A stretch of 63,828 nt of DNA, counting the filler, from Cercozoa sp. M6MM (Eukaryota > Protista > Endomyxa: Ascetosporea), in assembly GCA_040357565.1 (NCBI GenBank). It is 12 parts of 12 records of this genome, joined end to end, with 100 filler letters (N's around TTAATTAATTAA, not from the genome) between each part and the next. Parts side by side here need not be neighbours in the genome. Positions count along the whole stretch, not along the records: positions 19,505 to 31,128 come from JBDODJ010000396.1; positions 31,229 to 33,458 come from JBDODJ010001813.1; positions 33,559 to 36,585 come from JBDODJ010001645.1; positions 36,686 to 48,186 come from JBDODJ010000400.1; 8 more parts are not named here. The stretch is one strand, 5' to 3'. The notes beneath the pieces were generated by a model. It was not told the origin of the DNA. It saw only the letters and a list, made by a program, of their open reading frames with translations, and made no database searches. This document shows positions 24,814-38,298 of the stretch, piece by piece. Position numbers and translations under genes: made by a program. Position 1 is the first letter of the stretch. The number at the start of each line of letters is the position of its first letter.

Positions 24814-26728
24814 TCAGTTCATTCTGTTTGGACTGCTGTGGTCGCACAGCGGCGTCCGCGCGGACAAAGGTGTGTCGCACAAAGGCGCGATCGATGCCTG
24901 ACATGCAGTCAGGCCGTCCAAGTTCGTACGCTGTCGCCATGGCCGATACTGGAACACGCAAGCGAGTCGCGGAAACAGCACCTGCAACGTCTCCAACGCA
25001 CGCGGCTGCAACACACCGGGTTTCTCGTATTTCTCTGCGTCACAAAGATACTAAAAATACCAAACAAAAAAGTGTCAGTTCGCGTTGTCGCGTCGGTTGA
25101 TCCAACGCGAGCGAAAATGCCGTCAGTAGACCGCCTAGTGACTGGGGGGGGGGGGGAGTTAGGAGTTAAAAAGTTAGGGGTAATAAAGGAGGATGAAAGA
25201 GATAAAGAGGAGGATAAAGGGAGCAAGATAGGGTGGGGGGGGGGGGTAAAGGTACAGCCGTCCACCAGGTGTCACGACCGGTGGCGTGTCGCAGCGCGCA
25301 CTGCGAGGACTTCATGACGACGACGTAGGTGGCCACGAAGGCACTGCTGCGCACCGTGCCACGCAGGGTCGACGTGACTGCATCAGCGACACTGCCACTC
25401 CGACTGACTGTACACAGACAGAGTGACCGCAATGATCGATCGCTGCACATGTGGTCACACTGATACCCAGTCGCACGATCAGTCGGATCAACTGCAGTGG
25501 CAGGTAGACACGTGCGCCACGTGCGAAACCGCGTGTCCATTCAGTCGTATTGTACCGCCAACATGACGGATCCTCTAGGGGGGTAAAGGTAGAGAGGGGT
25601 AGGGGTAAAAGAGAGCCAGTACCGTGGAACAGCGGCGAGCACGGTGCGTGTTGCGACACGTGCAGTTTGTTGTCGCGAGCAAAGTCACTTTGCACCTTGA
25701 GCGAGTTCAGTTTGCACCTGTACATACACTCTTCGACCCTGTACCTCCTGTACCCAATACCTCGTAACCCTACCGGTCCATGTTGCCAGCACGCAGCACA
25801 AAGTCGTGCAGCGTGCCATGCAGTGCCGCCGGTCGGTGCAGAAACGCGAACATCAGCGGCGCCTGTGTAACGCCGAACAGCGCACACCTGGGAGGGGGGT
25901 AAAGGGGAGGGTAAAGAAGGGAGGAGGGTAAAGAAGGGAGGAGGGGAAGGAGGTAAAAGGGTAAAGGGGGTAGGAGGGTGAAGGGCGTAGGAGGGTAAAG
26001 GAAGTGAGGGGCAAAACGATACCAAGCGGCCGTGCTATCGCTCTGGCTGTCATTAACACTGCGCAACAGGTCGGCCACTCCGCGCACAAAGATCCACAAA
26101 GGAATCGACGACTTGAATAGCGGGTTGTCTGCATACAGAGACCCGTGTTCCCAGCCCACGTCACCCACGTCAGCGAGGCAACTTACACAGATAAAACACT
26201 GAAGAAGCCAGAAACGTGGCTACACCCACGCCAGCAGCGCGCCGAATCTTCGCATTTGCGCTCTAAACACAGCACATGAGGTCCCACAGTCACTTTGCAC
26301 ACACTGGGACGCACCCGCGCTTCAGTTTTGGTATTTTCGTCAGACTCAGTTGCAAACAATCGACGCCGTAAAAGCGAGCTCAGCGCCGCGCACACTGCCA
26401 GTGTGACGGCCACTTTCAGTGTGCGTGGTAGCACTGTTCGCAGCCTTTGTTGCACTTGGGACCGACTGAATCGCCGCAGCACTAAACTTAGAGACTACTT
26501 GAACAAGCCTAACAAGCATGCATACGGCCCCCCAATACCTGAGAGAAGAAGGTCCAGCGACAGTTTGCCACCAGCAATGACGCCAGTAACGCGCAGCACC
26601 GCTTTCAGCAGGCCTCGCAGTTCACTGCGCCTCAAACGCCACACCACAGCTTCACCGTCCTGACCACGCTGGTACACAGAGCGTGCATGCGCAGTTGCTT
26701 CCTCTAGCAAGAGTCTAAGTGTGCCCAT
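24814..26728 (-). CDS. TMEM135-like membrane protein; last exon uncertain
   Basis: Spliced HAPCSPLFHEDPSCW..ARVYLPLQ..GTVRSSAFVATYV..QCALR..GGLLTAFSLALDQPTRQRELTLFCL|PRALE follows the TMEM135 pattern (PC..HP..C; RSSxFL; RRxELALYxxPRALE). Confidence 0.7.
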
Positions 26729-26901
26729 ACTGTTTAACCTCGTTTGGGCACACTGTCTGACTCTAACTCAGACCCTGATGGACCCAAAGAAGCAAAAGCT
26801 AGCAAAATTGTGCGACTGTGATTTGTTTTTTTCGCCCGTCCGTGCGAGAAGTCAATGCACCGTCGATCCATGATGTACAGTGCACTAAGCAACTAGAGTT
26901 A

Positions 26902-28424
26902 CTAGACAAAGGCGGAGAGGAAGACATTAACGCCATCGCCGATGTTGAGGGTCGAGTGCCACCATTCCTAAATACTCAGGCAATCATATCAGACATGTTT
27001 GAATAGCACTATCGCTACCGATGGTAGGTACAGCACGTCGCCTTGGCGTGCCGTGCAGTGGAGCACGCTGTCGTCTCGCTCACTGCGTTGCATGGGGAGG
27101 GTGGAGGCAGTCGACTGATAGCACAAGGCAGCATACCTGTCGAGTAGCCACTTGGCACTCGTGACGCGTCCGTCGAAGGACGGTTTGTGACTGGGTTCCG
27201 AGATCATCCTGACCCACGCATGCACACAGTCAGCGGTTGGCAGCTTTGGTCCCAAAAGTGCACCAAGCTACCAGTGCTTGGCACCGTGAATCACCTCGGC
27301 GAACACGGCACCGTGTGTGTGGAACGGCACCTGTGGATAATAAACGGGGTTCAGGGATAAAGAGAGAGTAAGGGCAAGGGAGGAACAAAGGGGTAAGAGG
27401 CAAGGCATAAAGTGAAAAGGTAAGCTACGCCGCTGAACTGCTGCGCCACGCCAAAGCTGAAAGCGACGCGATGCTTGTCAAAAGGAAACTTGGGCTCACT
27501 GCCATGTGCGTCCACTGCGCACATAAAAGACTCAGAGTACACCATGCAAACAGGGTTTAACAAGGCACACCAACACCAACACCAACACACACACAGACAC
27601 ACAGACACACACAGACACAGACACAGACACAGACACAGACACACAACACACACCTTCGGATTGTGAGACGAAATAATCCGGCAGCTGGTAGCGCGCTAGA
27701 AGATGCGCCCACTCGGCGCTGTCGTCGTCGATCTCTGCGCGCGTCACATTGCGCTCGGTCAGACTTTACCCCCCCCCCCCCACCCCCTTTGCTACCTGTC
27801 ACCTACCAGTGCGCAAGATGACGTCGTTGTCACCAAAGTGGTACTTGATATGTTCAGCGTCACCTTGCAGCTGCTGCCACGCCAGCGGCGTTGTCAGCGT
27901 GTCCAACTGCAGATCGCACCCTTAACTAAAATAGCTCAGACCACTCAAAGCACTCCAGGGAATTCATACATGTGCTCCGAATCGAGAAACGCTTTTTTCA
28001 TAGCTTGCAGTGTTGCCAGTCGACAGTGTAACCTGTCGCCACGTCATCGGATGCCAGTGTCATACCAGTGTCATAGTAAATACATTGTGTCAGTGTGCTG
28101 CCACAGTACCTGCGTTTCTCCAAACCGTCGCCGCAGTTCTGTCGGCGTGGCACGTGCCGCGAACGAGCGATCACCGCCGTTGCGACTGCGCTCATTCAAT
28201 CAAGACAAGGACTCCCTAACACACACAAAATTCACTCACATCATCACTGGCATCCTGTCGCGGTATATCGCGTCAAACTGCTGCCGGCTAAGTGTGCTTC
28301 CGTCGACCTCGACCAGATCACAATTTGAATGCCGGGCTACAGCGAGGCGGATTTCATCGACACGGGCAAGCACATTCGGTACTAAGAGTGCCGTCAATGT
28401 CAGCAATGCACTGTACGCACACAT
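26902..28424 (-). CDS. JMJD8: JmjC-domain protein, JMJD8-like, with signal peptide
   Basis: VTLSTGNTASY; FSFGVAQQFSG|VPFHTHGAVFAEVIHGAKHW; HCTARQGDVLYLPS|EWWHSTLN. Hydrophobic N-terminus. Confidence 0.8.
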
Positions 28425-28974
28425 GTGCAGTCGTTAGCGTCACCGCTTGTTCAGTATGGTACTTCTTGTAAATCGGAACTAAATAAACTACAGTAAAACA
28501 ACAGACAAGGACTACTGACTATGCACTACTCAGTTCACTCGGCACTGACGCTTTATTAATTTAGATATACGATACTTGAACTCCTGCATCTCCTGCATTG
28601 ATCCAAGTCTTACTCCGATACATCAAACTGAGCAGATTATGCTCGGCTATTATCCTGTAATGTGGAGTATCCCTGCAAGCACAGGCGTGTTGCTACTGAA
28701 TAACGCTCACAAAAACGCCAAAAACTCGTTAGTATGCCCTCTACAGCTCTCATTTTTAAAACGCATGCTGGTTGTCCTCATTTCTTAAGGAAGTGCAATG
28801 TGCATAAACGACATTGCTATTGCCGCTCACAGGATTACCTCAAACTGCGAGTTTTTTATCTCCAAATAAGTACCACAGACGCTTAGGGAAAGGGTACTTT
28901 ACAGTTGTACTTGGACTGTGTTGGAAAAACTGTTGACCAGTCTGACCGCCAGGCTTGTGAGCGAACAGAGAAGA

Positions 28975-30350
28975 ATGTGCAGCAAATTGCTGAGTCTCAT
29001 TGGTGCCGCCTTGCTGCTAACAGCGGCGATCGTGTCACTGGCACACCTGCACCAGCCGATCTCGGCGTCGCTGAAGACACTCGAGCACGAGCATTTGGTC
29101 ACTATCGAAGATCGATGCTCCTTCCGGGTAACATGCATTTTCGTGGGTAACTGGTCACCACTGTGGACACACTGTGTGGTTTTCTTGCAGCTGCAAAGTG
29201 AACTCGACATTCTGCGCATCGTGGACTGCGGCGATGTGCAGCCGCTGTGCTCAACGAACCTGTCGACCGACCAGATGCGCAGCGTGCGCCAGCAACAGTG
29301 CCGCGCGGCGCAGGGTACCTACGCCGTGCCGGTCGCTCTGGCCGGCGCTCTCAGCGTACTGGCTGCTGCCTACACTGTCCTGGTACGACACCCCACAGAT
29401 CTAATATACTCTTCTCCCTTATATATACTGGGCAGCACGTGTTCCTGCTGCCGTCGCGCAACTCCAAAATCTTCACGACGTCGCTGCTGACTGTTAGCAC
29501 TGTGGTACGTCTAATCCAACCTCCATACAGTTCTAGACCGGCAGTATTGATGCATGTACCCCTGAACAGACGACGCTGGTGGCCATCGTTGCTCTGGCAG
29601 GACACATGGCGCCGATCCTGCACCAGGTGCAGCTCGACTGCGCCTACTACAGTAACGACCTGCCTACCTACCTACCTCCCTGCCTACCCACCTATCTCCC
29701 TCCCTACCTACCTATCTCCCTCTCTCCCTACATACCTACCTACCTATCTCCCTCTCTCCCTACCTACCTATCTCCCTATCTCCCTCTCTCCCTACATATT
29801 TATCTCCCTCTCTCCCTACATACCAACCTACCGACCTGACCTATCCCCGTAATACAGGTGAGGAGGTGCGTAAGACCTTGCGCGAGGACGGCATCTTTTG
29901 TGCCACGTAATCACTTTCTACAATGTCGGTCCCTTTCTAATATTTTCTCGTGTCCCAGCGGACGCATGCCGGGTGATCTGCCGGTCGAACTGGATGGCAG
30001 TCAGAAGCTCGAGGCGCTGCGCAACGTGTTGTACGGCAGCATGCGCGTCTTTGCCGCTCTCATCGTCACTGTCTGCGTAGTGACTCTTTACCCCCCCCCC
30101 CCCCGACCACCTGATCCGTACTCTCATTTACCCCTCCCCCCACCCCAGGCCTCGGTGCTCACGACGTTCTCAGTGTCGTGCAACAAGACCAAGACCGACA
30201 GTCGTCTCTCGAAGGTACTTTGTAGACTTAGCACCGTCCTCTGTCAGCCTACCGAACTCTGTCGTTTGTGCTCAGCTGGAGGACGATCGCGAGAGTCGCC
30301 AGCCGCTGATCGGTGAGCAGGGTGTCATCACCGGCATCACGTACCAGTAA
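28975..30350 (+). CDS. Four-TM membrane protein (claudin/amastin-like topology) with C-terminal dileucine-type motif
   Basis: Spliced frame has four hydrophobic segments, a Cys-rich first loop and the tail LEDDRESRQPLIGEQ. Seven GT-AG introns. Confidence 0.55.
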
Positions 30351-30694
30351 AACTAAACCGGTCGACGGACACATGCGGTGCATGGGGACACTGACTTAAC
30401 TGTACGAGTAGCCAATTAATTCAGTTGCAATTCACAACTGACGCCTTACTGTTTTCTGTTGAAGCCGAAGCCCTCATTTTTAAACGTAAGCCCAGTTCGT
30501 TAAGACCGCACTTGCTTTGGACGTAATGATGACGGAATGATGGGTCGATTCCGTACATGTAATTACTTTAGAACGGGTATGGCGGGTTTTCGAGCAAAAT
30601 CAGATTCTAGAAAAATGCCATCGGTATCGGTCGGGAAAGGCACAAACGAGAGGGTTTTTTTAAATAATTTATCAGAAACTCCGGCGTACGGCAG

Positions 30695-31117
30695 CTAGCT
30701 GTCGAGTCGCCAGCGCACGCGGTGCAGCGCGTCGATGCGCTCGAAGACGCCGTGGCGGCAGAAGGCGCCTGGCGACTCGCACGGCGACGGTGTCACCAGT
30801 AATGTACCACCATCGGTGCCATCGGCTCCGTTGGTCCTGTCGACTCCAACGGCGGTCCTATCGGCTCCAGTGGTTTTGTCAGCGCGTGAGCCGGAACCGG
30901 AGGCGAAACAGCGCGCGAGCGAGAGCGACGTGACGACGCGCACGGTGTCGGCACTGGCGCCGCACACGACCACGCCAGCCAGTGCGCGCACGTACTGACA
31001 CACCGTGCGTATCACGTCCACCGTCACCCGCACCGTCGCTTGCACCGTCGCCTGACACGTGGTACCGTCCTGACACGTGCCTGTCACTGGCAGGATCGCC
31101 ACGCCTTCCTCGCGACT
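30695..31117 (-). CDS. 3' end of an unidentified gene
   Basis: GC-rich exon YVRALAGVVVCGASAD..GAFCRHGVFERIDALHRVRWRLDS*; truncated at a spacer. Confidence 0.4.
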   Translation of the reverse strand, partial: SREEGVAILPVTGTCQDGTTCQATVQATVRVTVDVIRTVCQYVRALAGVVVCGASADTVRVVTSLSLARCFASGSGSRADKTTGADRTAVGVDRTNGADGTDGGTLLVTPSPCESPGAFCRHGVFERIDALHRVRWRLDS

Positions 31118-31266
31118 GGGGGGGGGGGNNNNNNNNNNNNNNNNNNNNNNNNNNNNNNNNNNNNNNNNNNNNTTAATTAATTAANNNNNNNNNNNNNNNN
31201 NNNNNNNNNNNNNNNNNNNNNNNNNNNNGGGGGGGGGGGGTAACTCCTCATTGTGCCACGTGTGCA

Positions 31267-33450
31267 GGCGTCAGTGTGACGGCCAACGACGGTACTTTCC
31301 TCTGACCCAGACCAGTCAGTGCACACGTGCCAACCCACGCGTGTGTCCAACCCGACAGACCTGCGGTACCTGCTGGCGCACGTGCGCGACAGTGCGGGCG
31401 ATCGCGACACCGTCGACCTCTGGCAGAAGTGAGTCGGCCCACTCTCACTCTCACTCACTTGGCACGTGTCTCTCACTTGACACGTGTCTCTCACTTGACA
31501 CGTGTCTCTCACTTGGCACGTGCTTGATCACTGTGCACCTGTATGTGTGTGCAGATACACCCAGGTGGCGAAAGAACTGTCCAAACACATTCGTTTGGTA
31601 CCTACCTTGTCCTACTACCTTGTCCCTGTCCTACTACCTTGTCCTACTACCTTGTCCTACTACCTTGTCCTACCTACCTGTTGCCTCAAAACAACCGTGT
31701 CCGACAGGGCAAGAAACTCTCGCTGTCGGCCGAGCAGAACGTCGAGTTGGAACGCACGATGCGCGCCTCGTACGACCACGTGCGTTGTTCCCCTGTGACC
31801 ACTCACTCGGTCAGAGTGTGCCGACCCATGTGACCCGTGTGACCCGTGTGACCACGTGACTGACTGTGGGTTGGCACGTGCGCAGTGCGTGCGCCGACTG
31901 GCGGACTTTGGCGACGGCGTGGCCTCGCCGCAGCTGCACCTGACGGCGGCGCTGCTGCGCATGGCCTGTCGGCACTCCCGTACACCCACCTGTGTCCAGA
32001 TGGACCGTCCGGATGGACTGTCCGGATGGACTGTCCGGATGGACTGTCTGGATGGACCGTCCATATATTTACTCCTCCCCTGTGTGACTACGCTTCCGCG
32101 CGGACGCAGACGAGGTGGGCTGGCAGGTGCTGGACCTGGTGTCGCCGGTGCTGCAGGAGTTCGCGCCGCTGCAGCCGTGTCGCTGGACGGCCGTGGCGCG
32201 GCCGCTGCAGCAGCTGCTGTCGGCCCTCGTGCTGCGCCACGCGCGCTGCTTCTGGACGCCGGTGGCTGGCCTGCTGCCTGCGTGCTCGGTGCCCCTCTCT
32301 TGCCCCTACCCACCTCCTACCCCTACCCACCTACCCCTACCCACCTGCCCCCTGCCCTTGCCCCTACCCTACCCCTATCCACCTACCCCTACCCTTATCC
32401 ACCTACCCCTACCCTTATCCACNNNNNNNNNNCCTACCCCTACCCTTATCCACCTACCCCTACCCTTATCCACCTACCCTTACCCCTATCCACCTACCCT
32501 TACCCCTATCCACCTACCCCTACCCACCTACCCATACCCTACCCACCTACCCATACCCTACCCCCCTACCCCTACCCCTATCCACCTACCCCTATCCACC
32601 TACCCTGCCCCTACCCACCTACCCACCACCTACCCCCCCCCCCCCAGAAGGAAAGAGAGCGCCGTGCGGCGGCTCTGTCGTTCTGTCGCGACGGACGTCT
32701 GCGGCAGCTGCACCGACTGCTGCGACTGCTGCGTCACTTTGCTGCTGTACACTGTCTTTTGGGGGGTGGTATCTATGGACGGTACCTATGGACGGTACAT
32801 GTGGGTGGTATATATGGACGGTACATATGGACGGTACATATGGACGGTGTGCAGAAACGCGAGGCAGTGTACGTGGCCGTGTGTCGCACGCTGGGCGCCG
32901 TGCTGCAGGCGCTGCAGTTCCGCGCGGACGAGGACGACACGACCGACTCGGAGTCCGCGCGTACCGAGTGGCTACAGTGCGTGCACGACTGTCTGTCCGA
33001 AAGGTCCGTCCGTTTGGACATCCCTGTCCAACCCCCGCCCCCTTAATGTATGTGCGTGTGTGTAGTCTGCTGCCTGCGGCGCTGCGGCGACAGGAACTTA
33101 AGGAGAAGGTAGCCCCTTTACCCCCTTACCCCTTTACCCTCCCCCCTTTAACCCCCTTACCCCCCTTTAACCCCCTTACCCCCTACCCCCCCCCCCCGGA
33201 CAGGACGCGAGTATCGACAGCACGTCGCCGCTGCTGGTGACGCATGCGACGGGAGGCACTCAGGTACACCTGCCCACGTGGTCGCTCTGACTGACTGGAC
33301 TGACTGGACTGACTGACTGGACTGACTGACTGGACCAACTGACTGGGTTGGCACGTGCTCATTCTGACTGGCTGACTGAGTGCAGGTGATGGACGCCCTG
33401 TGGCAGACGGTTTCGCTGCTCGAGTGGCCGCAGCGATACCGACTCTACGG
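31267..33450 (+). CDS. THOC2: THO complex subunit 2, internal fragment
   Basis: DLRYLLAHV; PQLHLTAALL; SLLPA...VMDALWQTVSLLEWPQRYRLY parallel THOC2 segments (DLDDLYVHL, QKLGLLEALL, ELWxxxxxxPYQHRYRLYG) in the same order. Confidence 0.6.
32293..32648 (+). repeat. C-rich intronic repeat (CCTACC/CCTTATCCA variants); related TTTACCCCC tracts at 17070-17200, 18260-18350, 19045-19210, 25140-25250, 25890-26010, 33112-33197, 36025-36148, 36450-36585, 61870-61985, 62188-62415
   Basis: Directly visible degenerate tandem repeats lying between splice sites. Confidence 0.9.
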
Positions 33451-33672
33451 TGCGCCTTNNNNNNNNNNNNNNNNNNNNNNNNNNNNNNNNNNNNNNNNNN
33501 NNTTAATTAATTAANNNNNNNNNNNNNNNNNNNNNNNNNNNNNNNNNNNNNNNNNNNNTATATATATATATACAGATAGATCTGGATACATAATATATAC
33601 AGATATATCTGGATACATAGTATATCTATATATCCAGATATAGAGATATAAGTCTATGTGTATGTACGACAG

Positions 33673-33812
33673 GTGGCCGTGGCCTACTTTTTGGCACGCA
33701 TACCACGGTCGGCGCAGCAGTACTTCCTGGAGAGGTTCCTGCCGCTGCCGCTGGGTGCTCCCGATGTCACGCGACGCGAACACGCGCGCCGTGCCACCAT
33801 TGCCATGCAGTA

Positions 33813-33866
<54 letters not shown>

Positions 33867-36441
33867 ATCTATACGTTATGTCTGTCCCTCTATAAATATA
33901 TCTAATATACATATATATATAACATTATATATATATACATATATATACATAAGATATAGATATATATATATATATAGATATATATATAATGAACAGGACA
34001 CTGGCGTCAGCACTGCGTCTGATGCCGTCGTCGCTGCGCGCACTGCGCATCGACCTGCTGCGCACGCTGCGCATGCTCATGGAGCGCACGCCGTCGTCCA
34101 TGCCAGAGGTAGAGCCCTGCCTGCCCCAGTCACATCAGGCAATTGTGTGTGTGTGTGTCAGGCCAAGACGGTGCCAGGCATACGCGACCTGTTGGCACAG
34201 CACGCGACGCTCTTCCTGGACCGGAGACTGCTGGGCGGCCAGGACGCGCCGGCCCACCTGCCCCTGCGGTACCTCTATCTTTGTATCATCATACCTGTTA
34301 TGTGTGTATATGTCTGTATATATATCCATATGATGTAAAATATATCCATATATGTATATCTATGTATGGGTTGCAGTGATCTGGCTCTGCACGTGTACTC
34401 GGACTTCCTGCGCATCTCGTACGAGGTAGCACAGTGTCTCACCGTGTGTCTGTGTGTGTCTGTGTGAGACACATGTGTGCGACTGACTGACTGACTGAAC
34501 TGACTGACTGACTGACTGACTGACTGACTGACTGTGTGTGTGTGTGTGTGTGTGTGCAGAAGCAGCTGTCGGTGGCGGCGCTGGTGGCCGGCTGCGACGA
34601 GTTGCTGGACTGGCTCTTCGATCCCTCCGTGTACGGGCCCCGTCTGTACCTGTCCATGTGTACCAGTACATGTGTACCTGTCCGTTTGGACACACAGACC
34701 GGTGTCGCTGCTGCTGGTGGTGCCCAAGCAGTTGCTGCCGCTGCTGCGCCGACTGCTCGAGCTGCGTCGCAGCGACGGTACTTGTGTCCCCACCGCTCAC
34801 CTGACTGGGGGGTGACCACCTACCTGACTGAGAGGAGTGACCACGTGTGACCCACATAGGCGGCGTCAAGGACACGTGCATTCCCAATGTGCCCGGCTAC
34901 GCCGACGGCGTCCGCGAGGACTCGGTGCGCCGCCTGCTGGCGCGCGTCTTCGATGCCACTGGTAGACCCGGCCTTGTGACCATGTGACCACTCCTCCCAC
35001 GTGACCACTGACCCACGTGACCACTGACCACTCCACCCACGTGGCCACTCATGTGTGACCTGACACAGTCGACAAGATCGAGGCCTTCGCGCGACTGACG
35101 CCGCGTCTGTTGGCGCAGTGGCGCCGCGAGCGACTGCGCCTCGGCCTGCTGGTAGTCTCGCAGTGGGCCCCTTAATCAACCCGACCCCTTAACCAAGCCA
35201 GCACACCACACCCTTAATCAGCACACCTTAATTAAACCTCCACACAGGTGCCGCACGAAGAACTGGCGTCGCAGATGCGCAGTGCGCGTGCCGCCCTCGT
35301 GGTACGCACTGAGTGAGTGAACACGTGGCCACTGGGTGGGTGGGGGTGAGTCACGTGTGTGCCCGAGTCACGTGTGCGCTGCGTGACAGGACGGGCCGAG
35401 CGACGCGGCGCGCCGGCACCCGCACTTTGCGCGGCAGCCACTGCACGCGCAGAGCGGGTCGGCGCTGGACCGCCTGGACTACGACGACACGCACGCGCGG
35501 CGGCAGCTGCATGCGCGCGGACAGGCCGGCGAGTCGGCCGCGTCGCACGCGCTGCTGGGCCTGCAGTCCTCGGGTACTGCCTCCTCGGGCACGGCCTCCT
35601 CGGGCACGGCCTCCTCGGGTACTGCCTCCTCGGGTGCCGCTGCTCTGACTGCCTCCTCCGGCCACTCCTCGGCCAGCTCCAACGCGCAGGCCTACGGGTA
35701 GACCCCTCCTCCTACCCTGACCCCTACCCTGACCCCCACCCTGCCCGCAGACGGACGGTGGACCCACGCAAACTGGAGATCTGCGCACTGGAGGACAGCG
35801 ACGTACACACACACACTACCTGTCTACTACCTACCTGTCTACTACCACCTACCTTGTCTACTACCTGCCTGTCTACTACCACCTGTCTACTACCTACCTT
35901 GTCTACTACCTACCCACCTGCCTACCTTGTCTGTGCGGACACGTTTGTCGGGTTGTGTACGTTGCGCAGTGGACCTGGATGCGCGACTCGGCCGACAGCG
36001 ACGCCACTGATGTAGCGTGCTGTTTTACCCCCCTGTTTACCCCCCTACCCTTACCCCCGTACCCTTACCCCCGTACCCTTACCTCCTACCCTTACCCCCA
36101 CCCCCTCCACCCTATGTACCCCCTGCACCCTATGTACCCCCTCCCCCCAGAGTGCCCTGTTCGGGAACAACCTGTCGACGGAACTGCTGCGACGCGAAAC
36201 TGGTTTCGGCGCCGGCAGCGGCATCTGTCTGGCCAGCAAGGTAAGCCCCCTTCCCTCCCAGTCACACACGTGCCCACTGACTGGCACGTGCCCACTGACA
36301 CGTGCCCACTGACTGACTGGCACGTGCTCACTTGCGCAGGGAGAAACGCCGGCGGCGCACCTGATCGCCTCGGTGATGGAGCTGCTGCCGCTGCTGCACA
36401 AAGTCGCCAAAGTCGCCTGCGCCGCCATGTCGACGCACCTG
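33673..36441 (+). CDS. TRRAP/Tra1-like HEAT region, internal fragment
   Basis: LRIDLLRTLRML..LFLDRRLLGG..LALHVYSDFL..LSVAAL..LFDPSVPVSL..KQLLPLL..RRLLARVFDATVDKI parallels Tra1 (RKELLIATRH; LLDERVLIG; LAYSxLADL; LHDPSLPxxIQ; LLxRILDAFVxKF). Confidence 0.5.
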
Positions 36442-36685
36442 GTGTCTAGCCCTCCCCTTGCTTGCCCCCCTGTTTGCCCCCCCTGTTTGCCCCTGTTTAC
36501 CCCCCTGTTTACCCCCCTCTACCCCTGTTTACCCCCCTGTTTGCCCCCCTCCCTGTTGACCCCTGTTGACCCCTGTTGACCCCCCNNNNNNNNNNNNNNN
36601 NNNNNNNNNNNNNNNNNNNNNNNNNNNNNTTAATTAATTAANNNNNNNNNNNNNNNNNNNNNNNNNNNNNNNNNNNNNNNNNNNN

Positions 36686-36734
<49 letters not shown>

Positions 36735-36768
36735 GTTACAGCATCAAATTCTCATAGGCCGTGCACGT

Positions 36769-38179
36769 ACCAACGTCAGTGTTTTGACGCACGCTCACCA
36801 CCTGCACGCATAAACACATGCACACGCACATACACATGCGCAACTAAACTACCTCGGCGGCACGCGGACCGTAGGCGTACAGGTTGACATCGACGCCAGA
36901 GTGACCGCCGGTCGTCCAGCCTAGGAGAGCGCAGGTACCACACACACACTTCTTTAAAAAAACAACAGAGTACCAACGTTGAGGTCACGACCAGCCTGCT
37001 GCGCGAGCTGCGCCGCCAGAAAACAACGTATGATATAAACGTGGAAACTGGGGAGGGTATGAGGTAGGGAGCATGTACGATCGGCGTGATGTCGTACGAC
37101 GAGGCGTCGTTGGGCAGGTCGTTCAACTGCTGCACCAGGTCGTCGTCCAGCTGCACACACACACAGACACACACGTTTAAATCAGACACGGGCTAGGTGT
37201 ATCGGGTGTGTACTGAGCAAACTTACGACACGGCCGCTGCGCGTGTTGCTCTTGTATAGCTGGGCAATGTCCAGCGTGCGGTCTGTGTGCACAGATGTAC
37301 ATGATGTCGATATACACAGACGACACAATGACTACCAGCAGCGAACTGATCAGCCATCCATGACGGCGATCGGACGTAGTCGTACAGGGACTCCGGGTTG
37401 AACCAGTACTGCCATTAAAACAAGCAAATGTACATAACTTACTGCTACTGCCCTAAATTGCAGGGGGTGTGAATACGGAAAGACCTACGTTCTTGGGGTG
37501 GCCAACCTTGTCGCGACCGATAGAGAAACCACCCGTCTCGTGGTCACTCGTACTGTACACAACGAGATACCGGTCCAACAGAGATGGGCACGCACTTGAA
37601 CTCGCATAGAGAGAGTCGTACGACATGACGAGCGTGTCGCCGCGTCGTTTGGCCCAGTCTACGACCTGACGGATGGTTTCATCGAAGGCAACCGCGTCCC
37701 AGAAATGCGCCACCGGCTGTGCACACACGTACATAAATACAGCATATGCCTAGGGAAGGTGTGTGTCCACCTCGTTAGCATGCGCGGCGTGGTCGATGCG
37801 CGAGCCTGCGAGACACAAGCAAAAGGTCAACAAGCTACACACATTGGACGAGGACGGGTACCCTCGATCATGATGAAGAAGCCGCCGTCCTTGCCGTCCT
37901 TGCTAAAACACAACGCACACACGGGTAATACACAGAGGGGCACTGGCACGCAGGTACTAGGCATGTACCGAGCGGCCTCGTCAAGTCGCTCAATGGCGAA
38001 CATGGCCATCTCTGCAAGCGAGGGTTCCTTCTACTCACAAGACACATATTTTTCCGTTCAACCATCCTTCTCTCGGCAAGCTACCTCACGGAACTCGTCA
38101 ATGCCGCGACGGTCGAGGTCGTACTGTAAAAGACAAAAACAGCGGGTAGCTAGTGTGTGTACACAGGTTAGCATGACTG

Positions 38180-38218
<39 letters not shown>

Positions 38219-38247
38219 GTGTATGCGCGCGTGTGTGTATGCGCGCG

Positions 38248-38298
<51 letters not shown>

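Noticed and set aside
31971-31985. GC donor in THOC2
   Set aside because: A canonical GTACAC donor at 31980 gives the correct phase.
31229-36585. THOC2-TRRAP fusion or one long gene
   Set aside because: The two parts are separated by an artificial spacer at 33459-33558.
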